Below are positions 37,601 to 51,640 of a DNA stretch of 64,000 nt, in pieces. Position numbers and translations under genes: made by a program. The stretch is taken from NCBI GenBank assembly GCA_030390025.1, contig CM059432.1, positions 139,254,001-139,318,000 on the forward strand. The letters are read 5' to 3'. How positions within the stretch are numbered: position 1 is the first letter of the stretch; every line of letters begins with the position of its first letter. Below the pieces are notes generated by a model. That model was not told the DNA's origin. It saw nothing but the letters and a program-made list of their open reading frames with translations, and ran no database searches. Source of the DNA: Squalus acanthias. Its lineage: Eukaryota.

Positions 37601-38852
37601 CCGGGAAGAACTCCCCTGCACTTCTTCTGTATATTGCCGTGGGATCCTTTAGGTCAGACTTTTACGGAGCCTCGGTTTAACGTCTCATCCAAAAGACGGC
37701 AACTCCAACAATGCAGCACTCCCTCAGTGTCAAGCCAGAATTATGTGCTCAAGTCTCTGCAGTAGAATGTGAACCCACAACCTTCTGCATCAGAGGCAAG
37801 AGTATTGCCCACTGAGCCACAATTGAGGTTCATTTAGTTCGCCTTCTACCATCCTGGTGGTCGCATGATACAATGATAACGGAGTTTTATGACTAATCAT
37901 AGCAATCAATTTCTATCAATTAGTCTACAACATACCCATACGTGAGGCGAGGAAAACCCCCAGTGGTGGAGAGCTTTGGGAACTTGCCTGTGATATAGAG
38001 TGTGTAACAACTGGACTCCAATGGAGCACCACGATCAATTATCATGGCCAACGCCTTAAATCGGGGTTTAGCTGCCCAGTACACCCAAAGAGTGGTTAGA
38101 ATGTGGAACTCACTACCACACGCAGTAGTTGAGGTGAATAGCATAGATGCATTTAAGGGGAAGGTAGGTAAGTACATGAGGGAGAAAGGAGTAGAAGGAT
38201 ATGCTGATAGAGTGAGATAAATTAAGGTGGGAGGAGGCTCATGTAGAGCATAAACACTGGCATAGACCTGTTGGGCCGAATGGCCTGTTTCCGTGCTGTA
38301 GATTCTATGTAATACCTGAGTGAATTATTTTTAAAAAGATGACTTGTGATTATGCGCCAATACTCTTAATCCAGACTGTCCCACCGACCTCTGTGCTGTC
38401 TCCAAACAGGCAGAAGGAGTGTCAACATTGCATCATTTCCTATCCCAGTGTGGGGTGGCAGGTGCTCGAGTGTTGGGGCTGAAGTTTAAAGTCCCATATT
38501 GAAAATGCTGGGCCAGGTGAGACTTTTCTTGATGTAAAGAAGACGCAGTGGAAACTTAAAAAAAAAGAAAATGTAGTCTTTAAATGAGCAAATCGTTCAC
38601 GGCATAATTCATGATTAGTAATTGTGCTGCTTCTAACGCCTCGCAGATATTACAAATATGCTTTTGCCTAATTATGCAGTTTTGACCCTGTTTTAACACA
38701 GTAATTCCTTCTTCTGATCTGCAGGAATTCAAATTATCAATATTTTAAATTAATGTGTCTCTATGAAATTCACCGTTTCCAATGGGAGCATATTTCTGAA
38801 AAGCAGATCCTTACATTCTGTCTTAAGGAACTCAGTGTTTCAAACCCCAGTT

Positions 38853-39180
38853 CATAGAATCATCATATAACACAGAAGGAGACCATTCGGCCCATCGTGC
38901 CTGCACCACCTCTTTGAAAGAGCTGTCCAAATCGTCCCACTCCCCCTGCTCTTTCCCCATAACGCTGCAAATTTTTCCTTTTCAAGTATTTATCCAATTC
39001 CCTTTTGAAAGTTACTGTTGAATCTGCTTCCACCGCCCTTTCAGGCAGAGCATTCCAGATCACAACAACTCGCTGCATAAAAAAAAATTCTCCTCATCTC
39101 CCCCTCTGGTTCTTTTGCCAATTACCTTAAATCCGTGTCCTCTGGCTCTCCTGCCAGTGGATACAGTTTCTCCTTAGAAA
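38853..39180 (-). mobile_element. CR1 3' fragment (others at about 33815-33930, 34665-35350, 38080-38312, 39895-40330, 43240-43670, 47670-47850, 48115-48440, 49040-49640, 50070-50370, 53365-53735, 59000-59150)
   Basis: Recurrent CR1 tails ...GGGCCGAATGGCCT...CTATG and WNxLP peptide. Confidence 0.8.
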
Positions 39181-41448
39181 CTGAATATATTTTCCACAGT
39201 GCCACAGAATATATTTACCATTGACCACTGCGTGCAGATTGACATGGGTTGAGACAGCTAATACCCTGTACTGCTTTTGCAATGTTTTTATTTATTTACC
39301 AGCTTTTCTCTCTTGACATACCTCAGCCATAAGGCCAATTTTATGAATTCAGGCTACCAACACCTGTATACTGTATTTATATTTGGTATTTGTTGGTACA
39401 GAAAGCGATATAGTCTCACCAGGTTTGTGCAAATCTATCAATAGGTTCACAGAAGTCCTCATTGTGAACTGGGATGCATGAGGTGAACCTTCTCACATTC
39501 TATTGCTTTGGCTGCTCAAAGCTGACGCTTTGAATATTGGTGCAAGATGGTTTATGGTGTAATTTCTCTTGATAATTGTAAAATTTCCACTGTACCTTAT
39601 ATTTGACAAGTACTTTGCGCTGCCTTTTCACTTGCAAGTTTCCCATTATACACTGCTGCAAATCATGTTTTTACAATCTTTTACTGGTCTTTGAGCAATT
39701 GAGCCATTTGAAGTATGATGGGTTTCAGCGTTTTAAACCCCCGTCCCACGCAATACATTGCCATTGAAAACTACGCACAGAGTGGTAGGATTTCAGAAAG
39801 CCAACGTTTTGTAATGTTGTTAATTATTTACTAGCTTATCTCCCATGGCATAGGCCATATATGGGGGCCGGTTTTACATGACTCAACTGAGAGGATATAC
39901 TTATCAGGAAAGACTGACCAGGCTGGGGCTCTTTCTCTAGAAAAGGGAAGGCTGAGGGGTGACCTAATCGAGGTATTTAAGATTATGAAAGGGTTCGATA
40001 GGGTAGACATAGAGAAGATATTTCCACTTGTGGGGGGAGTCCAAAGCTAGGGGCCATAAATATAAGATAATCACCAATAAATCCATTAGGGAATTCAGGA
40101 GAAACTTCTTTACCCAGAGAGTGGTGACAATGTGGAACTCGCTACCACAGGGAGTAGTTGAGGCAAATAGCATAGATGCATTTAAGGGGAAGCTAGATAA
40201 ACACATGAGGGAGAAAGGAATAGAAGGTTATGCTGATAGGGGTGGGAGGAGGCTCGTGTGGAGCGTAACCACCGGCATGGGCCAGTTGGGTCGAATGGCC
40301 TGTTTCTGTGCTGTAAACTCTGTGTAGTTCTCTGTAAGATGATCTGCATCGTTCCACTCACAATTCCTCCACGGGTTTGCCTGTTTATTTTAAAGATAGA
40401 TATCTCCCCCTGCCCTTTTTCTGTTTCTATTAATGTACCTGTTTGCCTCGCGTTTAGGCTCTGAAGGAGGGTCTGAACCTGGCAGTTTAACATCTATTCT
40501 CTCCACAGGTGCTGAATACACAGGAACAGGAGGAGGCCATTCAGCCCCTCAAGCCTGTTCCGCCATTCAGTTAGATCATGGCTGATCTGATGTGTGTTTC
40601 GAATGTTTTCTGGTTTTTGTTTGATATCCAGCTTCTGCGTTGTTTTGCTTTGAACAGTCTTTTTATGTAAATCGCTAGGTGCATTTTAAAGTATAACTGT
40701 GGTCTGTCGGTTCCATTAAAGCACATTTTGCATATTAATTATGCAAACACAAACGTACATACATACTATAAACTAGATAAGAACCCCTAATAACAAAGGT
40801 TCATTAATTATGCCTGATCTCAAGTGAAGGTGAAACTCAGTACACCCATAGATTACTTCACATTATTATATCATAATTAATTGCTTGTTATTATTAAAAT
40901 TTTGAAACCATTTTGAAGAATAGCAGGACAACTCTCCCCGGTGTCCTGGACAATATGTATCCCTCAATCAACATCACTAAAAACAGATTATCTGATCATT
41001 ATCTCATTGCTGTTTGTGGGAGCTTTCTGTGTGCAAATTGGCTGCCACGTTTCCTACATTACAACAGTGACTGCACTTCAAAAAGTACTTCATTGGCTGT
41101 ATAGTGCTTTGGGACATCCTAGGTTGTGAAAGACGCTATATAAATGCAATTTCTTTCTTTCTTAAGAAAGGCACTGTGGGTTGACACTCGGGTGGTTAAT
41201 GATTTGATGCAATTGATTGCGTTTGGGCGCACATTAAAACCTTCATTGCTTTTGGCACTTTGGCCTCAAGAGTGTTTATAGAGCAGTTTATGAATCTGCC
41301 TTGCCAGTAGTCATTGACGCAAAAGTTGGCTGAATATTTTCAGTGTTAGAGAATGCAGGATTAAGGGAGTGGTGACTGAGGTGACCCGGACTGTGACTGC
41401 AGGGGAGGAGACTCCCCAACTGATTTGTATCCAGTGTTTCAATTTACT

Positions 41449-41720
41449 TTAGCAAAATACTGCGGATGCTGGAAATCCGAAATAACAACAGAAAACGCTG
41501 GAAAAACTCAGCAGGCCAGGCAGCATCCGTGGAGAGAGAAAGAGAGTTAACGTTTCAGGTCGATGACCTTTCATCAGAACTGGGAAGAGCCGGAAATCAA
41601 ATAGATTTAAGGCCAGGGTAAAGCTGTGAAAAGGGGGAGGGGATAAAGGAACAAAGGGGGAGATGAAGAGACATTAAGAGACATTAAGAGATATGCAAGG
41701 CTAGAGGTAGTGTTAATGTG
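41449..41720 (-). mobile_element. Penelope-like terminal fragment with hammerhead-like core
   Basis: Nearly identical to 8714-8843; minus strand reads GTTCTGATGAAAGGTCATCGACCTGAAACGTTAAC. Confidence 0.75.
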
Positions 41721-41809
41721 ACAGATTAAGGCTGAATGAAGTGTGAAATCTTTACTTACTTTGTCCGGTCATAGAATGAACCAAAACATGGTCCAAACTC
41801 CACCATTTC

Positions 41810-42860
41810 CTGGCTACCAGCATGGTGGTGTTGGAGTGCACTTTATGGACGAGGCTCTTTCGCTATTCCTGGAGCTACACCTGACTGGATTGGATGGCGC
41901 CGGGGGAGCTGGCGCAGCGCCTGTCCTGGGCCAACGTCCGGCTCGCGGCCAAAGCCATCGAGTCGCTGAAAGTGGCACTGGGCCCTGACTCCACTAGGTG
42001 TATCGAGGAGGCTCAAGCACGTGGGGCGATCCCGTCCGGACAGACCCCCGTCCGGACAGAGTTCCTCATCAGCGCCCAGCCCTGAAACCCTTCTCGGGAG
42101 CCGGCGCCTCACAACTTGAGCCGTCGCCGGGAAATGCCCTCCGTGCCTTTTCATTCTGCGCGGAGGGGTTCCCTGTACGGGCTGCTCTTGCACACCCTCC
42201 ATTTTGCCATCCTCGTCTGCCGTCCGGACACGCCTTGGCGCACCATCTTGCCGTCCGGAGGAGGCGGGGTCCCCAATGGAGGGCTCTCTATGCGGGAGTC
42301 CACCCTTTATCTATTGGGGACATGGCCTGGAGGGTGTTGCATGGAGCAGTCCCGTGCAATAAAGTTTTAAGTAGGTTCACGGACTCCCAGGCCGCCTGCC
42401 TTTTCTGCAGCCTGGAGGAGTCTGTGTTCCACTTTTATATAGAGCGTGAGAGGTTGCAGCCCCTCTTCCATTATTTGAAGGGGCTGCTCTTTGATTTCTG
42501 GCTGCACTTCAGTCCCACGTTCTTGATCTTTGGTCACCCGGTGCGGAGGGGAGCGGGCAGGTCGGGGGGGCGGGGGCCTCCTCGTGGGACTGCTCCCGGG
42601 CCTGGCCAAGGTGGCCATCAACTGGTCCAGGCAGCGGGCGGTCGAGGGGGTCGTTCGGCCCAACTGCCTGCCTCTCTTCCGCGGCCACGTGGCCCTGGAG
42701 ATGGAGCACGCGGTGTCCGCCGGCACGCTCGAGGTCTTCCGCGACCGGTGGGCACCGCAGGGACTGGAGTGCATCATCACCCCGGCCAATGAAATTTTAA
42801 TTTAAGTTAAGTTTCATTTAATGTTTTATTAGGTGCAGTATTTTTGTTTATGGGTTGCTC
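41810..42860 (+). mobile_element. 5'-truncated Tx1-clade L1-like element (ORF2 C-terminus, zf-RVT)
   Basis: GDMAWRVLHGAVPCN...CLFCSLEESVFHFYIE...LAKVAINWSRQR peptide; T-rich 3' end. Confidence 0.82.
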
Positions 42861-44714
42861 AAAAAGAGTAGACGTAACTGGAAACTCCCCAGTACAATAA
42901 CAATGCTCCTTTCAATGTGTGCTGTACTGTCAAGCCCTTAAGAGTCATTGTTCGTCTCATCTGTAATTCATATCATCATCAGTGAAACATTAATGACTAA
43001 CTCAAATCACAGCACTTTGAGACAAGATCAAGCGAAAAATGTGTGTGCTTATTGCAGAAAAGATTGATGTTAGGTATAATGAAATTAGATAAGAGGGGAA
43101 ATGTGATGTCAAACGTGAGTCACCAAAAGGGTTTATCTTCAAGAGTTAGTTTTATTGTAAGTACAGAGGATTATGATTCCTCATTATATTTTTTCTATTC
43201 ATTTCTGTTCGAGTAAATTTAAAGAGTAAATTGTATGTTTAAACTGTGGTGAGAATGTGGAACTCGTTACCACATGGAGTGGTTGAGGCGACTAGCTTAG
43301 ATGTATTTAAGGGGAAGCTAGATAAACGCATGAGGGAGAAAGGAATAGAAGGAAATTTTGATGGGATTAGATGAAGAGGGAGGTGGGAGGAGGCTCGTGT
43401 GGAGCAAAATACCGGCATGGACCAGTTGGGCCGAATGGCCTGTTTCTTTGTTGTAAATACTTTGTAATACTTTCTAATCCAAGTGAGGTTCAGAAGGTAC
43501 CCGTGCATATAAAACCATTTACAATGTATGCTGCAAATGTAATATGTGGTTACATAAAAGGATACGCAGAAATGATTAGATGAAGTAGGGTGGGAGGAGG
43601 CTCGTGTGGAACATAAACACTGGTATAGACCTATTGGGCCGAATGGCCTGTTTCTGTGCTGTAAATTCTATGTCATGGTTCCCTCTTTTCCCCAACTCCT
43701 CTTGCCCCTTCATTCTTCCTTATCCCAGTCCTTTACCCAGGCGTGACAACATTGCACATTCTCCAGAGTGAGTTGAAGCCTACTCCAGACAATGACGTCA
43801 TCATCACTGAGTGCCGTAATGAACGGAATGGTCGTGAGCATAAGATCCAAATTTTAAAAAAATATTTTGCAAGGAGCCTTTCCTTCGGTTCCTCGTTTGT
43901 GTGACTAAAAATGGTTAAAAAAATGAAAATGTTTGCATGTGTTATCACTTAGGCATCTATAGAAAACATGGAAAGTAAGTACATGAGGCACATGAACACA
44001 ACAGAGGTCTACAGAAGACACAAAACAAGAAAAAACTTGCCTTTCACTACCTCACGACATCCCAAAGCGCTTCACAGCCAATGAATTACTTTTGAAGTGT
44101 AGGCACTGTTGTAATGTAGGAAATGCAGTAGCCACTTTGCACACAGCAAGCTCCCACAAACAGCAATGTGATGATGACCAAATACTCTGTTTTAGTAATG
44201 TTGGTCGAGGGATAAATATTGGCCAGGACACCGGGGAGAACTCCCCTGCTCTTCTTCAAAATAGTGCTGTGTGATCTTTTACATCCACCCAAGAGGGCAG
44301 ATGGGGCCTTGGTTTAATGTCTCATCCAAAAAACGGCACCTCTGACAGTGCAGCACTCCCTCAGTACTGCACTGGAGTATCAGCCCAGATTTTGTGCTCA
44401 AGAATCTGGAGTGGGACTTGAACCTACGACTTTCTGACTCAGAGTCAAGAATACTACCCACTGAGAATGTAAGCAATTAGAATTGATTCAAGGTCCTATG
44501 TGCATCATTGGTCCTGGTTTTCATAGATTAACGAGGCTCCTGCCTAGTGGAAGACCAAAGGAAAAATGGCAGCAGCGTGGGAACATGGCTGTAAGTTGAC
44601 CATTTCGCTACGGCCCCATTTTTGCAGGACAATGGAAATTAAAATCCTTCCTTTACTGAAGGTAAGTACATGAGCAATACCTCAGCTGTTGCAGTCTTCA
44701 GCTCATTTTTCTCT

Positions 44715-45072
44715 ATTCATTTTTGGGATGTGGGCGTCGCTGGCAAGGCCAGCATTTATTGCCCAACTGTAGTTGGCCTTGAGAAGGTGGTGGAGGGCCT
44801 TCTTCTGATAGAAATGCTAGCTAGACCTTTTCAGAGTAACAGTTAAGAGTCAACCACATCGGAGTGGGCCTGGATTCATAGATAGGCCAGACCGGGTAAG
44901 GACAGCATGTTTCCTTCCCATTAGTGAACCAGTTACGTTTTACGACAATCTGATAGCTTCATGATTTTTTTTGTACTGAATTCAAATTCTCAAACTGCCA
45001 TGGTGAGATTTGAACACACATTCTCTGGATTTTTAGTCCAGGCCTCTGGATTACTAGCCTAGTAATATATCC
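44715..45072 (-). mobile_element. SINE built from the tRNA-like head and the 3' tail of the 54395-58437 LINE family
   Basis: 44820-45070 matches 58130-58420; 44715-44805 matches the LINE tail at 54395-54490. Confidence 0.75.
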
Positions 45073-45689
45073 AACAACAGCAATAATTGGCATTTATATA
45101 GCGCCGTTAACATCGTAAAATGTTCCACGGCGCTTCGCAGGAGTGATTATCAAACATAATTTGACACCAATCCACATAAGAAGATATTGGGACAGGTGAC
45201 CAAAAGCTTGGTCAAAGAGGTAGGTTTTAAGGAGCGTCCTAATGGAGAAGAGAGAGGTAGAGAGGCGGAGAGGTTTAGGGAGGGACTTCCAGAGCTTGGG
45301 ACCTAAGAAGTTGAAGGCACGGCCGCTAATGATGGAGCGATGGATATCAGGGATGCGCAAGAGGCCAGAATTGGAGGAACGCAAAGATCTTGGAGGGTTG
45401 CAGGGCTGGCGGAGGTTACAGAGATAGCAAGGGGCGAGGCCATGGAGAGATTTGAAAACAAGGATGAGAATTTTTAAATCGAGGCATTGTCGGACCAGAA
45501 GCCAAATGTAGGTCAGTGAGCACAGGGGTGATGGTTGAAAGGGATTTATTGCACTACGCTATTGTACCCTGTTAAAAATAACAATGATTGTGTTGCCCAT
45601 GCTCTTTATTTACTCTTGAAAGCTTGACTGAATAATCGGAACTCTGTCTCTATGTGCCTGGGCATCTCGAAGTCAAGGTAATGTATCAG

Positions 45690-45800
45690 GTATTACTTAT
45701 TAACCTTTTACCGCTGGATCCTGTCCCTTTGCAGTGAAGTCACGCCCAATCAGCACACGTATGGATTTTATTGCTTCCCATATAAATGTTGCTCCACAAA
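45690..45800 (+). promoter_or_regulatory. ANXA13 proximal promoter
   Basis: HNF1-like ATTACTTATTAAC 45692-45704; HNF4-like TGTCCCTTTGCA 45722-45733; CACGCCC and CCAAT 45741-45750; CDX-like TTTTATTG 45766-45773; TATAAAT 45781-45787. Confidence 0.7.
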
Positions 45801-45849
45801 TATCTTCCAGTTGTCTGAGTTTCGGGAAAGGATACAAAGCTGAAGCAAA

Positions 45850-45864
45850 ATGGGCAACACTCAT
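45850..45864 (+). CDS. ANXA13: Annexin A13 coding exon 1 (MGNTH; Gly2 myristoylation-type start)
   Basis: AAA-ATG GGC AAC ACT CAT|gtaagt; 15 nt, phase 0, like human MGNRH; TATA box about 65 nt upstream. Confidence 0.85.
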
Positions 45865-46315
45865 GTAAGTAATTCTGCCAATCGGCCCTCTGCAAAACTC
45901 ATTCAAACTGTATGCCACATCTGAACTTGCTGACTCTTAAATTTACCCAGCTGGTTGTTTGCCGAACAGCAGAAAGCAGTCCAAGCGAACTTGTAAATTA
46001 TTTTTTTTAAGTTTCATATAATAATTGGTGAAAATAAATTCCTTGCGTTGATTTAAAATATTTTGTTGGTCCTGTCCCTTGGCCTTTCATGTTTATAATT
46101 TAAACGAGCAACATGTTTGGAACTACTTGACAGAAGAGTGGGTCAATATAAAGATTGATACGCAGAGTGTAATGCTGTCCTGTATTGTAAACTTTCAAAA
46201 GGAGATTAGTCTTTTCAGCCTTGTTTTCAAATCCCTCCCCGGCATCGCTTCTCCCTATCTCTGTAACCACCTACAGCTCTACGACCCTCCGAGCTCTCTG
46301 CGCTCCTCCATTTTA

Positions 46316-46630
46316 GGGCAACACGGTGGCATAGTGGTTAGCACTGTTGCCTCACAGCGCCAGGGACCCGGGTTCGAATCCGGCCTCGGGTGACTGTCTG
46401 TGTGGAGTTTGCACATTCTCCCCGTGTCTGCGTGGGTTTCCTCCGGGTGCTCCGGTTTCCTCCCACAGTCCAAAGATGTGCGGGTTAGGTTGATTTGGCT
46501 ATGATAAATTGACCCTTAGTGTTAGGGGGGATTAAATACGTGGGGTTACGGGGATAGGGTGGGATATGTGTCGGTGCAGGCTCGATGGGCCGAAATGGCC
46601 TCTATCTGCATTGTGGGGATTTTGTGATTT
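46316..46630 (+). mobile_element. HE1-type V-SINE inserted into an L2 fragment
   Basis: A box TGGCATAGTGG, B box GGTTCGAATCC, V-domain GTGTGGAGTTTGCACATTCTCCCCGTGTCTGCGTGGGTTTCCTCCGGGTGCTCCGGTTTCCTCCCACAGTCCAAAGA, CR1-type tail. Confidence 0.9.
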
Positions 46631-46959
46631 CTGGCCTCTTGTGCATCCCCCGATTTCCATCACCAGACCATTGGCAGCCATGCCTTCAGCTGCCTGGGCC
46701 CTAAGCTCTGGAATTCCCTCCCTAAACCTCTCCACTTCTCTACCTCTCTCTCCTCCTTTAAGACGCTCATTAAAACCTACCTCTGTGACCAAGCTTATGT
46801 GGCTCGGTGTCAACTTTTGTTTGATAATCACTCCTGTGAAGCGCCCTGGAACTTTTTACTATGTAAAAGGCGCTATATAAATGCAAGTTGTTGTTCTTGT
46901 ATCGTAACTTTAGTTAAACATACATGAAAAAAAATGAACTATTCCTTTGTTTTTTTTTA

Positions 46960-47562
46960 TTCGTTTATGGGATGTGGGCATCACTGGCAAGGCCAGCATT
47001 TATTGTCCATCCCTAGTTGCCCTTGAGAAGGTGGTGGTGAGCCGCCTTCTTGAACCGCTGCAGTCCGTGTGGTGAAGGTCCTCCCACAGTGCTGTTAGGG
47101 AGTTCCAGGATTTTGACCCAGCGACGATGAAGGATCGGCGATATACTTCTAAGTCAGGATGGTGTGTGACTTGGAGGGGAACTTGGAGGTGGTGGTGTTC
47201 CCATGCGCCTGCTGCCCTAGGTGGAAGAGGTCGCGGGTTTGGGAGGTGCTGCTGAAGAAGCCTTGGCGAGTTGCTGCAGTGCATCTTATAGATGGTACAA
47301 ACTGCAGTCACGGTACACCGGTGGTGGAGGGAGTGCCAATGTTTTTAAGGTGGTGGATGGGGTGCCAATCAAGCGGGCTGCTTTGTCCTGGATGGTGCCG
47401 AGCTTCTTGAGTGTTGTTGGAGCTGCACTCATCCAGGCAAGTGGAGATTATTCCATCATACTCCTTACTTGTGCCTTGTAGATGGTAGAAAGATTTTGGG
47501 GAGTCAGGAGGCGAGACACTCACCGCAGAATACCCAGCCTCTGACCTGCTCTTGTTGCCACA
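46960..47562 (-). mobile_element. 3' fragment of the 54395-58437 LINE family
   Basis: AVCTIYKMHCSNSPRLL peptide and the same tail. Confidence 0.88.
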
Positions 47563-50369
47563 TTAAGGCAATGGGATGGAATAGACTATCTCATAAGTAC
47601 CTTCATGTAGATATTTGACTAAAAAAACAAGATTAGAAGTTCACATTCAGCAAACAATCTGATTCTAAACTTATAGAATCATAGAATCATACAGCACAGA
47701 AGGAGGCCAATCAGCCCATCGTGCCTGTGCCGACTCTTTGAAAGAGCTCTCCAATTAGTGCCACTCCCCCCTGCTCTTTCCCCATAGTCCTGCAATTTTG
47801 TCCTTTTTTAAACAGAGATCTAATTCCCTTTTGAAGTCACTATTGAATGTCTGAGTGTACAGTGTGAATGGGCTTCTAACAGGAATGTGTGTTCAAAGTT
47901 CTGTAAAAATACAATGGTTAATAGATTCACTTCACATCCGCACACATGACTTCAAGCCCGGCCATCGATCGACACTTCAGCCCACGTTGTAGAATATGTG
48001 ATGACTCTGGGCTAATGTAGCACTTCCAGTGCTGAAGTTCCAATAAGAGGTCCTCATTTTGAGGTTTCAGTCTCTCGTGACGCTTAAATTCACCTCAGTC
48101 CACTGGGTAAGTTAGCAACATAGGAACATTCAGCCCCTCAAGCCTGCTCCGCCATTCAGTTAGATCATGGCTGATGTGTACCTGAAGTCCATTTACCTAT
48201 CTTAGCTCCATATCCCTCGATACCCTTACCCAACAAAAGCCTGTCAATCTAAGAACATAAGAAATAGGAGCAGGAGTAGACCATTCAGCCCCTCGAGCCT
48301 GCTCCGCCATTCAATAAGATTGTGGCTGATCTTCTACCTCATCTCCACTTTCCTGCCAGCATCCCCATATCCCTTGATTCCCTTAGTGTCCAAAAATCTA
48401 TCGATCTCAGTCTTGAAAATACTCAACGACTGAGATCTCACTGATCTCAGTCCCAGTCTCATCCAAGCTGCTAGACTCAGCGTTTCGCGATAGCCATGTG
48501 GTCTATCTCAGACCGCAGAAAGAACTGGTCTACTCAAACAAGAAGTGCATCGGATAACGAGCCAGTGATAGACTGAGGCAGTATTTCTAGTTTAGTATGA
48601 GCTACCATAAGGCCAATAACAGAAGAAATGGTTTTCAGCTATTTGGTACAGATAAAATCCCAGCCTGAACTCCAACAGCCCATCTGTTGGAAGATATTGG
48701 TTCTGAACAATATTATCAGTCAATATTGGAAATTACAGCACCTGAGTCAGCCAGGTCAGTGCATTTCTTCCGTGTGTTTGACACTGAATGGTACCATAGC
48801 ATAAAAACAGCTTTACAACCTAATTGCAGAAGGCGCGCACAGAAATATTTATCAATCAGCATGGGAAATGTTGTAAAATAATAAAAATAAGGAGTTGCCC
48901 GAGTTGTTCAATGGTTAAAGGTTGTGTGCGCAAGTTCCTTGATTAGAATGTTACTTCACCTTGGAAACTGTGACATCATCTATACAGTCAGGCTTAAAGT
49001 GAACGTCCAATTATTCGTAACGCTTTCTGTACTGTGCAAAATTCCGGTCGCCATTATATAAAAAGGATATGGAGGCACTGGAGAAGGCACAAACAAGATT
49101 TACAAGGGTATTAAGGGATATGGGGCAAACCGTATATATGGAGTGAGGTCACAGATCAGCCATGATCTCATTGAATGGCGGAACAAGCTCGAGGGGTGAA
49201 ATGGCCTAGTCCTGTTCCTATACCTATCAGGAAAGAATAACCAGACTGGGGCTCTTTTCTCAAGAAAAGAGAAGGCTGAGGGGTGAACTGATCGAAGTCT
49301 TTAAAATTATGAAAGGGTTCGATAGGGTAGACATAGAGAAGATGTTTCCACTTGTGGGGGAGACCAAAACTATGGGCCATAACTATAAGATAGTCACTAA
49401 TAAATTCAATAGGGAGTTCAGGAGAAACTTCTTTACACAGAGAGTGGTGAGAATGTAGAACAAGGAGTGCTTGAGGTGAATTGCATAGATGCATTTAAGG
49501 GGAAGCTAGATAAGTACATGCGGGAACAACGAACAGAAGGTTGTGCTAATAGGGTTCGATGTAATAGGGGTGGGAGGAGGCTCATGTGGAGCATGGACCA
49601 GTTGGGCCAAACGACCTCTTTCTGTGCTGTAACTTTTATGTAAAAAAACTAGTTGTTCGATTTTTTTATATTTTTCAATTATTTTCATTTGAACTGTAAT
49701 TGCCATTATAGTAACGGGGAGGAGAAAAGGGAATGATCTGGAGGTGTTACTCTGTCGAACAGTTTGAAGGAGCTGAATTATTATCAGAAGATATCGTCAT
49801 TTACCCAGGGAGTTTCTGCACATTCTTCATTTGAAGTTAATTGAGTTTCCTCACACTCAGTATGTCCTTCAAACCTGATGATGCCAACAACGCTCCTTCT
49901 TTAAACAAATATATTGGTGGAAATGGATAGAAAAGGAAATACAAAAGGAATCGTAGTTTGTTGATCTTGGTTTTTAACGGATTTGGTGGCACCTCTCATT
50001 CAAAAAGGTTTTCTGGAGACTCCTTGCTTTATCACGAAATGTACCACCAAAATAGTTCTACGACCAAAACCTGCAGAGGAGATTTTACCAGAATGGTATC
50101 AAGGATGAAGGACTTCAGTGATGTGGAGAGACTAGAGAAACTAGGTTTATTCTCCTTAGAGCAGAGATGGTTCAGGGGAGATTTAATAGAGATGTTCCAA
50201 ATTATGAGGGGTTTTGCAAGGCAGGTGGATGGAGTTTGGATACAGATCACCCATGATCTTATTGAATGGCGGAACAGGCTCGAGGGGCTTAATGGCCTAC
50301 TCCTGTTCCTATGAAACTGTTTCCACTGGCAGGAGGGTCGGTCAGCGGAGGACACAGATCTAAGATAAT

Positions 50370-51640
50370 TGACAGGCTATTAAACCTATTAGCTCTTTCT
50401 TGTACTAATAGTTTGAATACTTCACACAGTAGCCTTGTTGTTGTCAACCTCATCCTGCTGTGCCACTCATCACATCCCCATCACTCTGTCTCCCCTACCC
50501 TACTCCTGCACATCCTTACTCATATCAACTTACCTTGCACCTCCACCCATCCCTTTCTATCTACATTATCACTTCCCCATCTCACTAGCAACCCCTCACA
50601 CTCACCCGCATCCTAGTGCAATCATAGCAACTGACAACACACAAAGGTAGGCACTTCTGTGTTTTAGCCAGTGTTCATGTGATGTTTCTGTTAATGTGCT
50701 GTCAAACATTGAAATCTTTATTTTCAACATTTTGCTTTCTTGGACAGTTTTGTGTGCTCCTTTGTACGTGGCTTAGTGAGTTGCAGTGAATGGTGAGACA
50801 TAACGGTACCCCTCGCAATGATGATGAGTTTGAAAGGAATGGCTTGGGCATTGTAGGGATGCTTTATATTGTTGGTGTGGGGTGGTGCCAACCTGGCGCA
50901 TCATGTGGCAGCCAGGGTGTGCAGCATCAAGTGAAGTAAATGTGGCCATGGTGAGGCCATCCCTGGCATCCCGGGCAGCAATGTGGTCGGGTGCTGATGC
51001 CCTGTGTCCTGTGCAGCATCAGTTGATCGTGAAGAAGGTTGGTGTTGTTGTTGGTGCTGCTGGTGTGTCTGAGGACCAAGGTGAGCGAGTATAAAGTGCA
51101 CCCATGCTGATGGAATAGAGGGCAGGTGAAGTAGAGATGACAGAAGTGATCTGTCAATGGTGGGAGAGGTAATGAGGTCAGACTGCATGGAGACTTGTGT
51201 AAAGACTTGCTGCATCCTGAATCTGTAATGGAAATGCAGTTTAGAGATGCTAGTGCTTAAGAGAACATTTCTCAATTAGCTGGGAGCTTTGAGTTGACAT
51301 TTGAAGCTGTCAACTCATCAGCTGATTCAATGGCCACTGACCTCCCACCTCAGCTTCACTGACGAGGTCTAGGCACAATGGGAAACTGGTGGGAGATCTG
51401 TGAAAGTTAAAACGCTGGGGAAAAAAGGCATTGTTAAGTGGCTGTAAACAAGCCACTAGTGATTTAAATTGGGTTCCCCGCCGCTGCCTGTCGGGTCTGC
51501 TCAGCGCTGGCAGACCCGACATCGGGAAATGCAGGTGTGCGTGTTTGGACAGCGGGTTCCCGACCCTCTGTCAATCATTTTAAATTTCACAGCTGACCCA
51601 CAACCAATCAGGTCCGCTGAGCGCCGGCAAAATCGCGGCC
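50370..51640. mobile_element. Probable Harbinger-like DNA transposon remnant (one end)
   Basis: Ends AAAATCGCGGCC, resembling the AAAATCCAGCCC TIR of 2458-3209; subterminal GGGTTCCC repeats; abuts a PLE hammerhead fragment. Confidence 0.45.

Noticed and set aside
46316..46390. tRNA genes at A/B-box sequences (also 14389 and 58357-58430)
   Set aside because: They continue into SINE or LINE bodies and have no complete cloverleaf
48861..48872. ATG GGA AAT GTT (MGNV) as ANXA13 exon 1
   Set aside because: Weak donor (gtaaaa) and no promoter context; 45850-45864 has gtaagt, the expected 15 nt and a TATA box
50901..51275. 124-aa Q/H-rich ORF
   Set aside because: Lies within a probable DNA-transposon remnant; no recognisable domain or exon structure
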